DNA from: Candidatus Beckwithbacteria bacterium
Lineage (GTDB): Bacteria > Patescibacteriota > Microgenomatia > UBA1400 > CG1-02-47-37
Direction of reading: 5' to 3'
DNA: 64,000 nt
Assembly: GCA_043803225.1 (NCBI GenBank)
Contig: JAZDKF010000026.1
Location: 2,250 to 66,249 of the forward strand
The position numbers and the translations under genes are program-made. This document shows, in pieces, positions 8,781 through 18,347 of this stretch; positions within the stretch are counted from its first letter, which is position 1, and each line of letters starts with the position of its first letter. The notes under the pieces were generated by a model. The model made no database searches. It was not told the DNA's origin and worked only from the letters and a program-made list of their open reading frames with translations.

Positions 8781-9898
8781 GTAGTATAGTTATAGGTAAA
8801 ATAATTGCTTTAATTTTAAAAATTTTTTCTTCCCGCGGCGGAACTGCCCTCCCGGGTTTAATTGCTTTAAAACTTAACCCAAGTTTAATTAATCAAATTA
8901 TTAAGAAAAACCAACTTTTTTCTATTATCATAACCGGTACCAATGGTAAAACCACTACCTGCCGGCTTTTAGGAAATATTCTTAAAACATCTGGTTTAAA
9001 CTATATTCATAATCGTAGTGGTTCAAATCTGCTTCGGGGTATTGCCTCTACTTTAATTAATCAAACTAATATTCAGGGAAAACTTAAAGCCAAATATGCA
9101 ATCTGGGAGGTTGACGAAGCTGCTGTCAAAACTGCTATTTCTCAAGTTCAGCCTAAAATTGTTCTTTTTAATAATTTAAGCCGGGATCAGTTAGACCGCT
9201 ATGGCGAACTTGATGCTGTAATTCACTCCTGGCAGTCTGGCATCAACTCTTTACCTTCAACCAGCCTGGTTTTCATTAATCAGCTTGATCCTCGTTTGAA
9301 AAATCTTCGAGCCAAAAACTTAAAACCTTTTGGCCAAACCCTTAATTCTGGTCAGTTCTTTCAGGCTAATCTTCAAGCCGCAACTGCAATCGCTCAAGTT
9401 CTTAAAATCAACTCAAATAAAATTTCTAAAGCTGTTAAAGATTTTAAACCGGCTTTTGGTCGGGGAGAAGTCTTTACTTTTAGAAAACGCCAGATTCGAC
9501 TGACTCTGGTTAAAAATCCTTCAGGGTTTAATGCGGTTCTTGATTGGCTAAGAAATCAAAACTATTTAGACCAGCCTCTTCTCCTAATCTTAAACGATTG
9601 TCTGGCAGACGGCACTGATGTTTCCTGGATCTGGGATGTTAATCTAGAAATTCTCCAAAACCGTTCTCAGCCAATTATTATTGCCGGCCTTCGCTCTTTT
9701 GATCTGGCTTTAAGGCTTAAATATGCCGGCGTTAATCCAAATCTGCTTCAAGTTCAACCTTCAATTTCCCATGCCTGGAATGACTTGATCGCTTTAAAAG
9801 GCCCAGTTGCAAACATCCTGCCTACCTATACTGCCATGCTCGAGTTAAGGCATTTTTTAAGTCGCCAAAAAATTATTCATCCCAGCTGGCAGGATTAA
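8774..9898 (+). CDS. murT: MurT-like Mur ligase (DUF1727 C-terminus), lipid II amidotransferase subunit
   Basis: GGTALPG, GTNGKTTT, GSNL, EVDE, RDQLDRYGE, LVKNPSG, DVSWIWDV. Confidence 0.9.
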   Translation: MSSSIVIGKIIALILKIFSSRGGTALPGLIALKLNPSLINQIIKKNQLFSIIITGTNGKTTTCRLLGNILKTSGLNYIHNRSGSNLLRGIASTLINQTNIQGKLKAKYAIWEVDEAAVKTAISQVQPKIVLFNNLSRDQLDRYGELDAVIHSWQSGINSLPSTSLVFINQLDPRLKNLRAKNLKPFGQTLNSGQFFQANLQAATAIAQVLKINSNKISKAVKDFKPAFGRGEVFTFRKRQIRLTLVKNPSGFNAVLDWLRNQNYLDQPLLLILNDCLADGTDVSWIWDVNLEILQNRSQPIIIAGLRSFDLALRLKYAGVNPNLLQVQPSISHAWNDLIALKGPVANILPTYTAMLELRHFLSRQKIIHPSWQD

Positions 9899-9899
9899 T

Positions 9900-10619
9900 A
9901 TGGAATTGATTTTAGCCCATCTTTATCCCAAATTAATGAATATCTACGGGGATCAAGGCAATGTCATTGCTCTAAAATATCGCTGCCAACAACGTCAAAT
10001 TAAACTGATAGTTAAACCAATTGAAATTAACACTTCTTTGCCTTCAGGCAGCTTTGATCTCTTGTTTGCCGGAGGCGGTCAGGATCAACAACAAGCCTTA
10101 ATCAGCCAAGATCTAATCTCTCGAAAAAAAGTTTTAACCCAAGCTTTAAATCACCAAATTCCCATGCTGACTATCTGCGGCAGTTACCAACTCTTTGGCG
10201 CATATTTTAAGCCTTTTAATGGTCCCAAACTTTTGGGTTTAAACTTATTTGATGCCTATACCCAAGCATCCAGAAATAGAAAAATTGGCAACATTATTGT
10301 TGATTCTAATTTTGGCAAGCTTGTTGGCTTTGAAAACCATTCAGGCAACACTTTTTTATCCGGTTCAACCAAACCACTGGGCCGGGTTATTAAAGGCTTT
10401 GGTAATAATGGCCAGGATAAAACCGAAGGGGCGATTAAACAAAATCTTTTCGGCTGTTATCTTCATGGCTCGCTGCTGCCAAAAAATCCGGTTTTTTGTG
10501 ATTTTTTAATTAAAACCGCGCTTGAAAACAAATACCAATCAGTTAAACTTGAAGCCTTGTCTAATGAATTGGAAATTCAGGCTCGCCAACAGGCTTATCC
10601 TCTGGTAAAATACTTGTAA
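9900..10619 (+). CDS. gatD: GatD / CobQ-like glutamine amidotransferase
   Basis: MNIYGDQGN, GGGQD, ICGSYQ, GFENHSG, YLHGSLLPKNP. Confidence 0.92.
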   Translation: MELILAHLYPKLMNIYGDQGNVIALKYRCQQRQIKLIVKPIEINTSLPSGSFDLLFAGGGQDQQQALISQDLISRKKVLTQALNHQIPMLTICGSYQLFGAYFKPFNGPKLLGLNLFDAYTQASRNRKIGNIIVDSNFGKLVGFENHSGNTFLSGSTKPLGRVIKGFGNNGQDKTEGAIKQNLFGCYLHGSLLPKNPVFCDFLIKTALENKYQSVKLEALSNELEIQARQQAYPLVKYL

Positions 10620-10628
10620 TCTTCTTTT

Positions 10629-10711
10629 GCCAGGGTGGTGAAATGGTAGACACGCAGGATTTAGGATCCTGTAACCGCAAGGTTGTGGAGGTTCAACTCC
10701 TCTCCCTGGCA
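10629..10711 (+). tRNA. tRNA-Leu(TAG)
   Basis: GCCAGGG/CCCTGGC-A; CAGGA-TT TAG GA-TCCTG. Confidence 0.95.
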
Positions 10712-10736
10712 CTTCGCTTGGCTCAGTGCAAGCACA
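10709..10736. repeat. tRNA-terminal hairpin repeat copy 4 (at tRNA-Leu TAG 3' end)
   Basis: GCACTTCG-CTTGG-CTCAGTGC-AAGCAC; near identical to the reverse complement of copy 3. Confidence 0.8.
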
Positions 10737-10742
10737 TAAACT

Positions 10743-11858
10743 ATGTTAAATTTTTTAAAAAACTTAAACAACAACTTAAATTTATTTTCGGCTTTAGCCA
10801 AGAAGCTTAAATCACTGGTTGTCTGGCTGAAAAAAAGAAAGCTGTTTACCATATTTTTAATAATCGTAATTTTTAGCTTGTCTTTTTTCGGTTATAAAAA
10901 ATTTGGGCCCCATAATTTAAACGACCGGTATGAATTCGGTCAAGTTATCCGTCAGGATATCACCAAAACCATTTCTGCTTCTGGCAAAATCAAGTCTCAA
11001 ACTCAAGTTGATTTAAAATTTCAAACTTCCGGTCAGCTTGCCTGGATTGGAGTTAAAGAAGGCGATTATGTTAGAAAGTGGCAGGCGCTTGCCAGCCTGG
11101 ATCTTCGTCAGCTGCAAAAAACCTTGGAAAAATACTTGCTTGATTACTCTAAAGAAAGAAACGACTGGGATGAAGATAAATTAATTACTTATCGTGACAC
11201 GGTTATAACCGATACCTTAAAACGTTTAATCGAAAAAAACCAGTTTGACCTGCAAAAAGCTGTTTTGGATGTTGAACTTCAAGACATCTCCTTAAAGTAT
11301 GCCACTTTAATTACTCCAATCAGCGGTATTGTTACCCATATCGATATCCCGGTTGCTGGCATCAACATTACTCCTGCAACCGCGGTTTTTACTGTCGCTG
11401 ACCCGGATCAGCTTGTTTTTGAAACAATTATTGACGAAGTTGACATTGGCCAGCTGACAGTTGGCCAAACTGCTCAACTGGTATTAGATGCGTATCCGAA
11501 CGAAACCATCAATCTGACTCTTGATTCAATTGATTTTACTAGTACCTTGGACACCTCTGGCAGTACTGTCTTTTTAGTAAAATTTAATCTCCTAAACACC
11601 CCTGAAAAAAAGTTCAAACTCGGAATGAATGGAGAAGTCACTATTACGGTTGCTCAAAAATCAGCTGTTTTAGCTATCCCTTTAACCGCGGTGATTGAAG
11701 ACGACCAAACCACAGTTCAAATGATTAACAATAAACAAATCATCAGTCAACCAATTACTTTAGGCATAACCAATGATGAATTTGTTGAAGTTACTTCTGG
11801 ATTAACTGAAAATCAAACCATTATTATCGGTCAAAAAGCTAAAAAATCTTTTGAATGA
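10743..11858 (+). CDS. MacA-like efflux periplasmic adaptor
   Basis: N-terminal TM; lipoyl-like VKEGDYV and TPISGIV; GMNG; GITND..VEVTSGL. Confidence 0.88.
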   Translation: MLNFLKNLNNNLNLFSALAKKLKSLVVWLKKRKLFTIFLIIVIFSLSFFGYKKFGPHNLNDRYEFGQVIRQDITKTISASGKIKSQTQVDLKFQTSGQLAWIGVKEGDYVRKWQALASLDLRQLQKTLEKYLLDYSKERNDWDEDKLITYRDTVITDTLKRLIEKNQFDLQKAVLDVELQDISLKYATLITPISGIVTHIDIPVAGINITPATAVFTVADPDQLVFETIIDEVDIGQLTVGQTAQLVLDAYPNETINLTLDSIDFTSTLDTSGSTVFLVKFNLLNTPEKKFKLGMNGEVTITVAQKSAVLAIPLTAVIEDDQTTVQMINNKQIISQPITLGITNDEFVEVTSGLTENQTIIIGQKAKKSFE

Positions 11859-12544
11859 CTCAACCGCTAATTCAGCTTGATCAAGTCTGTAAAACCTATT
11901 ATCTGGGCAGCGAAGCAGTTAAAGCCATTTGCAACCTCTCCCTAAAAATTTTTTCTCAGGAATATATAAGTATTTTAGGTAGCTCGGGTTGTGGCAAGTC
12001 TACTTTGATGTATTTAATCGGTTTGCTGGAAACTCCATCTCAAGGAAAAGTCTATTTAAACAACTGCGATATTAGTCAACTTAATGACTTTGAACTTTCC
12101 AAGTTAAGAAATGAGTCCATTGGTTTTATTTTCCAATCATTTAATTTAATTAATAAATACACTGTTTTAGAAAATGTCATGCTGCCGGCTAAATACTCCA
12201 AAATCAAACTTAAATTCAACCCTCAAACTAGAGCTCTGGATTTATTAAAAAAATTTAAAATCCTGGACCGGAAAGACTTTTTTCCCAATAAAATTTCCGG
12301 AGGCCAACAGCAGCGTGTCGCCATCGCCAGAGCCTTAATGATGAATCCGAAAATTATTCTAGCTGATGAACCAACCGGCAACTTAGACAGCCAAACCGGT
12401 AAAGACATTCTTAATTTAATCGATAACTTAAATCAGGAATTTAACACTACGGTTATCACCGTTACCCACGATAGATTCGTGGCTAAAAGAGCTCAACGCC
12501 AGATCTATCTTAAAGACGGCCGGGTAACAAAAAAATATTTATGA
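11855..12544 (+). CDS. ABC transporter ATPase (MacB/LolD type)
   Basis: [32 protein letters not shown]. Confidence 0.93.
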   Translation: MTQPLIQLDQVCKTYYLGSEAVKAICNLSLKIFSQEYISILGSSGCGKSTLMYLIGLLETPSQGKVYLNNCDISQLNDFELSKLRNESIGFIFQSFNLINKYTVLENVMLPAKYSKIKLKFNPQTRALDLLKKFKILDRKDFFPNKISGGQQQRVAIARALMMNPKIILADEPTGNLDSQTGKDILNLIDNLNQEFNTTVITVTHDRFVAKRAQRQIYLKDGRVTKKYL

Positions 12545-13752
12545 AGTTCCATCAAACTCTAGATTCGTTCCAAACCGCCATGGCGACTTTTAAGCGTAAT
12601 AAAGTCCGAACCATTTTAACCTCTTTGGGAATTATGATCGGCGTCTTATCTGTCGTTTTGCTAATCGCTTTAGGTTTGGGCTTAAAAAATTATTTAAAAC
12701 AGCAGTTTGAAAGTCTTGGTTCTAATTTAATTATCGTTTTCCCTGGTAATGTTTTTAATCAGGAAGCTGGCGCCGGCGGTGGTTTTGGTCCCGGTTTTGC
12801 CGGTGGCGCCGACTTTGACGAAAAAGACTACCTCAGCTTAAAAAAAATTCCTGAAGCCGATTACGTTGTTCCGATCTACTTCAAAAGCTCTGCTATCGAG
12901 TATCAAAACGAAAAATACTTAGGTTATATCCAAGGTGCCAACGAAGCTGTTTTTAGTCTTTTAAATTTAAAACCAATCACTGGCAGATTATTTACCCGAA
13001 CTGATGTTCAAAAACGTTCTAAAGTCGGTTTGCTCGGTTATGCTTTAGCCTCAAAACTCTTTATGAACCCTGAAAAGGCCATAGGAAAAACTGTTAAAGT
13101 CGGAAATCTTAGAATCATAATTATCGGCGTTTTAGAGAAAAAAGGCGATCGGGAAATGGATAATGGCTTAGTTATTCCCTACAAAACTACCTTTGGCACT
13201 CTTAATCCGGATAAAACCTTTTTCACCATTTACTTAGGCACTAATGATGAAACCAAAGTTGAAATCTTAAAAGCTAAAGCTAAAGCCGTTTTGTTAAAAC
13301 GCTACGAAGATGACGAGTTTTCTGTTACCGAACAAACTGAAATTCTTACTACTGTCAATCAAATTTTTGCTATTGTCAATGCTATTCTGGTCGCCATCGG
13401 TTCAATTTCGCTCTTAGTCGGCGGTATCGGTATTATGAATATTATGTACGCGACTGTTACCGAAAGAACTAAAGAAGTTGGTATTCGTCGTAGTTTAGGC
13501 GCTACTCAAAAAGACATCTTAACTCAATTTCTATCCGAAGCAGTAATCTTATCTGTTTTTGGCGGTTTTATCGGTTTACTTTTAGCCGCTCTTATTGTTT
13601 TGGGTATTCATTCATTTTTTCCCGCTTCTATCAATCTGATCTCCGTGGTTCTGGCTTTTTCTGTCTCGACTATTATCGGTATCTTTTTTGGTGTCTTTCC
13701 TGCCAGACGGGCGGCTCAACTCACTCCGATTGAAGCCATTCGTTACGAATAA
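12541..13752 (+). CDS. MacB/FtsX-family ABC permease
   Basis: RTILTSLGIMIG, VGGIGIMNIM..VTERTKEVG, PARRAA..PIEAIRYE. Confidence 0.92.
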   Translation: MKFHQTLDSFQTAMATFKRNKVRTILTSLGIMIGVLSVVLLIALGLGLKNYLKQQFESLGSNLIIVFPGNVFNQEAGAGGGFGPGFAGGADFDEKDYLSLKKIPEADYVVPIYFKSSAIEYQNEKYLGYIQGANEAVFSLLNLKPITGRLFTRTDVQKRSKVGLLGYALASKLFMNPEKAIGKTVKVGNLRIIIIGVLEKKGDREMDNGLVIPYKTTFGTLNPDKTFFTIYLGTNDETKVEILKAKAKAVLLKRYEDDEFSVTEQTEILTTVNQIFAIVNAILVAIGSISLLVGGIGIMNIMYATVTERTKEVGIRRSLGATQKDILTQFLSEAVILSVFGGFIGLLLAALIVLGIHSFFPASINLISVVLAFSVSTIIGIFFGVFPARRAAQLTPIEAIRYE

Positions 13753-13778
13753 ATTACCAAATCTGCTATAATCCCGTT

Positions 13779-14657
13779 ATGACTAAATCTGTTGATGCCG
13801 CTAAATTAACCTGGTTACCGAAAAAAACTTTTCAACTGGAATTTTCCGTTCCCTGGGATCAGGTAAAAAAAACCTATGATCAGGTTTTAAATCAACTGAC
13901 CAAAACTGCTAAAATTGAAGGTTTCCGGCCTGGTAAAGCTCCAAAAGACATGGTCGAAAAATCTATAGATAAGGGTAAACTCTATGGCGAAGTCATTAAC
14001 CAACTCTTACCTCTCTCTTATGCCCAAGCCATTTCCCAGCATCAAATAAAACCAGCTGTTTCACCTAAAATTACGATTATTAAAGCTGAAGAAAATCAAC
14101 CCTGGCAATTTAAGGCCGTCAGTTGCGAACTGCCGGAATTTAAACTAGGCGATTATACTGCTAGTGCTAAGGGCGCTTTGGCTAAATCAAAACTCTGGAC
14201 TCCGGACAAAGGCGACCCGACTAAAAAACAAGACAAAGAATTAACAGCCACTCAAAAATTAAATCTTATCAGCCAAGCTCTGATTACTGATACTAAAATT
14301 GAACTTCCGGATCTGTTAATCGAAACCGAAACTAATCGGTTACTTGCTAAATTATTGGATCAAATTCAAAAACTAGGACTAACCATTGACCAATATGCCG
14401 CTTCAAACAATAAAACCATAGATCAGCTAAAGACCGAATACCATTTAACTGCCGAAAACACCTTAAAACTGGAGCTGATTCTTCAAGCCATTGCTCAAGA
14501 TAAAAAATTCAAAGTTGAAGACAAAGACATTGATGCTTTAATTAATGCCAGTGGTGACGAAAAAGTGAAAAAACAGCTTCAATCTCCATCCGAACGTGCT
14601 TATCTTGCTTCTATCTTAAAAAAACGCCAAGCCATTGACTACCTGCTTAGCTTATAG
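13779..14657 (+). CDS. tig: Trigger factor lacking the PPIase domain
   Basis: GFRPGKAP ribosome-binding loop plus C-terminal domain; only 292 aa. Confidence 0.88.
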   Translation: MTKSVDAAKLTWLPKKTFQLEFSVPWDQVKKTYDQVLNQLTKTAKIEGFRPGKAPKDMVEKSIDKGKLYGEVINQLLPLSYAQAISQHQIKPAVSPKITIIKAEENQPWQFKAVSCELPEFKLGDYTASAKGALAKSKLWTPDKGDPTKKQDKELTATQKLNLISQALITDTKIELPDLLIETETNRLLAKLLDQIQKLGLTIDQYAASNNKTIDQLKTEYHLTAENTLKLELILQAIAQDKKFKVEDKDIDALINASGDEKVKKQLQSPSERAYLASILKKRQAIDYLLSL

Positions 14658-14707
14658 TAAAATTCTTAAATTATTAGCTATTACATTTGCCTGCCTAAAT
14701 TTCAGGC

Positions 14708-15274
14708 ATGACTACCAATAAAATGGATCCATTCCAAACTTCAAAAAAGAAAAAATCAGCGCCTAAGTACCAAAACTTTCTTGAGGCTTTTAAGGATATT
14801 GGAACGGCTAAAACTGCTTCCAATCAATCTTCCTCTGATGAATTCTTTAATTTTGAGGAGTTTTTAAATCAACAAGAGCAAAAAATTAGAAATCAGGAGC
14901 GTACCCGTTTTGAAGCTATTAGACGAGAAGAACAGGTAATTTTTTCCCGCGAACAAAACCAAGTAAAAACTCAAATTGAAACCATCCAGGTTCAAATTAA
15001 AGAACTCGTTAAAGAGCAAGTCGGTTTAATGGAAGAGATTGATAAAACTGCTTTTCAGGCTGTAGTTAATCCTGGGAAGTATCATCAAAATTTCTTTGAA
15101 CGCTTACTTCATTTAATTAAACTGGCGCGGAAAAAAGTGGTTGAATCGCGAACTTGGTTGCAGATGCATAATCACCGTAGTCAATGTAAGTCTGCTTACT
15201 GGCAAGGGGTTAAAAAAGGTGGTACCAGCTTTATGCTGTCATCCGACCGAACCGTGGCTACCCAATCCGGCTAG
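14708..15274 (+). CDS. Conserved hypothetical protein (DUF5660-like)
   Basis: Coiled coil; PGKYHxxFFE and GTSFMLSSDRTVATQSG C-terminus recalled from CPR proteins. Confidence 0.6.
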   Translation: MTTNKMDPFQTSKKKKSAPKYQNFLEAFKDIGTAKTASNQSSSDEFFNFEEFLNQQEQKIRNQERTRFEAIRREEQVIFSREQNQVKTQIETIQVQIKELVKEQVGLMEEIDKTAFQAVVNPGKYHQNFFERLLHLIKLARKKVVESRTWLQMHNHRSQCKSAYWQGVKKGGTSFMLSSDRTVATQSG

Positions 15275-15412
15275 ACGAAATTACTGTTGATCTTTCTTTT
15301 TTCTCTAATTATATCTACAAGTTTTGTATCTATTGACTTTATTTTTATAATTTTATTTTAAGCGTCTGGTATTACCTGTCAAGATTTGGTAAAATTTACT
15401 ATATATAATAAA

Positions 15413-15487
15413 GGACGGTTAGCTCAGCTGGTTCAGAGCGCTTCATTGACATTGAAGAGGTCACAGGTTCAAATCCTGTATCGTCCA
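15413..15487 (+). tRNA. tRNA-Val(GAC)
   Basis: GGACGGT/ATCGTCC-A; CTTCA-TT GAC AT-TGAAG; GGTTCAAATCC. Confidence 0.95.
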
Positions 15488-15490
15488 CTT

Positions 15491-17257
15491 ATGAAACAAA
15501 ACTTACTTGCCTTAAGGCATACCTGCGAACATGTTCTGCATCAGGCCATGACTGACCTGTATCCCGGTTTGCTCCGGGCGATGGGACCGGCTACCGATGA
15601 TGGTTTTTATCATGATTTTGATTATCACCAGAAAATTACTGATTTAGACTTCCCCAAAATCGAAGCCAGGATGCAGGCGCTGATCCGGGCTGACTTGCCT
15701 CTTGTTCGCCAAATAATCACTTACGATCAGGCTAAAAAAATCTTTGCCCGTAATCCTTATAAATTAGACTGGCTGGAGCGGATTAAACAAAAAGGTGAAA
15801 AGATCATCATTTACACCACCGGCAAACCTGGTGAGCCTCAAGCCGATGTTGATCTTTGTTCCGGACCGCATGTTAAATCAACCGGTGAAATTAAAGCCTT
15901 TAAACTTTTATCTGTTGCCGGCGCTTATTGGCATGGCGATGAAAAAAATAAAATGCTTACAAGGATTTACGGAACGGCTTTTTACTCCCAGCAAGAACTA
16001 GTGGAGCATTTGCACAATCTGGAAGAAGCCAAAAAACGCGATCACCGGCTTTTAGGCAAAAACCTGGATTTATTTGTTTTTTCCGATTTGATTGGTAAAG
16101 GTTTACCCATATTAACTGCCAAAGGCGCCACGATCAGAAGGGAACTAGAACGTTTTACTGTTGACGAAGAAATAAAACGCGGCTATCAGCATGTTTATAC
16201 TCCGGTTCTGGCCAAAACTGAACTTTATAAAACCTCCGGCCATTATCCCTATTATAAAGACACCATGTATCCGACCATGAAAGTCGACGATGAAGAACTG
16301 ATTTTAAGACCGATGACCTGTCCGCACCACTTCTGTCTCTATAACTCCCATCCCAGAAGCTATAAAGACCTTCCCTTCAGAATTGCCGAGTTGGCTCCCC
16401 AATTCCGTTATGAAAAAAGCGGCGAATTAAGCGGTCTGATGCGTGTTCGCACCTTTTGTTTAGCTGATGCCCATATTATGGTTACTAAACAACAAGCAAC
16501 CGCCGAAATTAAATCTGTGCTTGAATTAATCGATTTTATTAATCAAACTCTGGGGCTTAAGAAGGGGACTGATTACCGCTACCGGCTGTCTTTAGGTGAT
16601 CGAACCGATAAGAAAAAATATTACCAAGACAATCAGGCCTGGGATGAAGCCGAAGGAATTTTACGCCAGGTTTTAATCTCTACTAAAGCTCCGTTTTTTG
16701 AAGCCGCTAACGAAGCCGCTTTTTACGGGCCAAAAATCGACGTCCAGATAAAAAATATTGCTGGTAAAGAAGAAACCGCCTTTACTGTTCAATATGATTT
16801 TGTCATGCCCAAACGCTTTAAAATGACTTATACCAATAAGCAAGGCCGGCCTGAAGAACCGATTGTCATCCACCGTTCGTCTATCGGCGCCTTTGAACGC
16901 ACCATGGCTTTTTTAATTGAACACTATAACGGTAATTTCCCTACCTGGCTGGCTCCAGTTCAGGTAAAAATCTTACCCATCTCTGATAAATACTTAGTTT
17001 ATGCTCAATCAGTTTTTAAGGCATTATCTCAAGCTCACATCCGCGCTGAACTGGATGACCACAATGAATCTCTGGGAGCTAAAATCCGGGATGCTCAAAA
17101 AGAAAAAGTTAAGTATATGTTAATTGTTGGCGAGAAAGAAGCCAAATCAAAAACCGTTAGTATCCGTAATCGTGACGGTAAAGATCTTCAATCCAAACCG
17201 CTTGACCAATTTATTAATTCAATCCGCCGGGAAATTGATCAAAAACTAATTAACTGA
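15491..17257 (+). CDS. thrS: Threonyl-tRNA synthetase (no N-terminal TGS domain)
   Basis: RHTCEH, DLCSGPH, RDHR, LRPMTCP, FYGPKID; true ATG at 15491, after the tRNA. Confidence 0.96.
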   Translation: MKQNLLALRHTCEHVLHQAMTDLYPGLLRAMGPATDDGFYHDFDYHQKITDLDFPKIEARMQALIRADLPLVRQIITYDQAKKIFARNPYKLDWLERIKQKGEKIIIYTTGKPGEPQADVDLCSGPHVKSTGEIKAFKLLSVAGAYWHGDEKNKMLTRIYGTAFYSQQELVEHLHNLEEAKKRDHRLLGKNLDLFVFSDLIGKGLPILTAKGATIRRELERFTVDEEIKRGYQHVYTPVLAKTELYKTSGHYPYYKDTMYPTMKVDDEELILRPMTCPHHFCLYNSHPRSYKDLPFRIAELAPQFRYEKSGELSGLMRVRTFCLADAHIMVTKQQATAEIKSVLELIDFINQTLGLKKGTDYRYRLSLGDRTDKKKYYQDNQAWDEAEGILRQVLISTKAPFFEAANEAAFYGPKIDVQIKNIAGKEETAFTVQYDFVMPKRFKMTYTNKQGRPEEPIVIHRSSIGAFERTMAFLIEHYNGNFPTWLAPVQVKILPISDKYLVYAQSVFKALSQAHIRAELDDHNESLGAKIRDAQKEKVKYMLIVGEKEAKSKTVSIRNRDGKDLQSKPLDQFINSIRREIDQKLIN

Positions 17258-17275
17258 TACAATTCTCCTATCTAT

Positions 17276-17830
17276 ATGCAAAAATATTACAAACTCAACC
17301 AATATATTGTCGCTGCCGAACTCCGGGTGGTTGGACCGGATGAAAAACAGATCGGCGTCATGACCCGCGATGAAGCCATCTTTAAAGCCCGCCAGATGGG
17401 TATGGACTTAATCTTAGTCGCTGATAAAGCCAAACCGCCGGTGGCCAGAATTATTGATTTCAATAAATTTAAATATTTACAGGCGCAAAAGGAAAAAGAA
17501 GGCAAGAAAAAAACAGTTCGGACTGATACTAAAGAAGTGAGAATCACTCCCTTTATTGCTCAAGGGGACTTTCAGACTAGAATGAAACAAGTTAAAAAGT
17601 TTTTGGAACAAGGCCATAAAGTTAAATTAACGGTTAAGTTTACCGGCCGCCAGATTTCCCGCAAAGAATTTGGTGAACAACTCCTCCACAAATCTTGTCA
17701 AGAAGTGGTAGAATATGGAACGCAAGAGTCTCAACCCAAATGGCAAGGCAAACTTTTATGGGTAACTTTGGCTCCGATTAAAAATAAAAAAATGAAAAAT
17801 GAAAAAGAAAAACAAGGTCATCAAACTTAA
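17276..17830 (+). CDS. infC: Translation initiation factor IF-3
   Basis: PPVARIIDFNKFKY, KVKLTVKFTGRQ; position after thrS. Confidence 0.95.
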   Translation: MQKYYKLNQYIVAAELRVVGPDEKQIGVMTRDEAIFKARQMGMDLILVADKAKPPVARIIDFNKFKYLQAQKEKEGKKKTVRTDTKEVRITPFIAQGDFQTRMKQVKKFLEQGHKVKLTVKFTGRQISRKEFGEQLLHKSCQEVVEYGTQESQPKWQGKLLWVTLAPIKNKKMKNEKEKQGHQT

Positions 17831-18008
17831 AAGACGAACTTCAGTTACCAAACGGTTTCGTCTCACTGCTGGCGGCAAAGTCATGCGTCGCGGTTCTCAA
17901 AACCGGCACTTAAAACACAATCGTAGTAAAAAAAACACCCGGCGCAGTAATGTTCCTAAATCTGTTAATAATTATATGGCCATAAAAATCAAAAAAATGT
18001 TAGCTTAA
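17799..18008 (+). CDS. rpmI: 50S ribosomal protein L35
   Basis: KRFRLTAGGKV; synteny infC-rpmI-rplT. Confidence 0.92.
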   Translation: MKKKNKVIKLKRRTSVTKRFRLTAGGKVMRRGSQNRHLKHNRSKKNTRRSNVPKSVNNYMAIKIKKMLA

Positions 18009-18011
18009 TAT

Positions 18012-18347
18012 ATGCGCGTCAAAACCGGCATCGTCCGTCACCGAAAACACAAAAAAATCTTGAGCTTAACCAAAGGCTATCGGATGTCCAAAAACCGGTT
18101 GATCAAAGTGGCTAAAGAAGCCAGCCTTCATGCCGGTCAATATGCTTATCACGGTCGCCGCTTAAGAAAACGCAACTTCCGCACTCTTTGGATTCAGCGG
18201 ATTAACGCCGCCTTAACTGATACTGATATGAAATACTCCCGCTTTATTAAAACTCTCAAAGATAAAAAAATTATTCTTGACCGGAAAATTTTAGCCGATT
18301 TAGCTGTTAAAGATCCGGATACTTTTAAGTTCATCTGTGGAATCTAA
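18012..18347 (+). CDS. rplT: 50S ribosomal protein L20
   Basis: MRVKTG, RKRNFRTLWIQRINAA, LDRKILADLA. Confidence 0.96.
   Translation: MRVKTGIVRHRKHKKILSLTKGYRMSKNRLIKVAKEASLHAGQYAYHGRRLRKRNFRTLWIQRINAALTDTDMKYSRFIKTLKDKKIILDRKILADLAVKDPDTFKFICGI

Noticed and set aside
14688-14709. TGCCTG..CAGGCA hairpin at the start of the DUF5660-like gene
   Set aside because: Single 6-bp stem with no supporting copies in the window; could be chance
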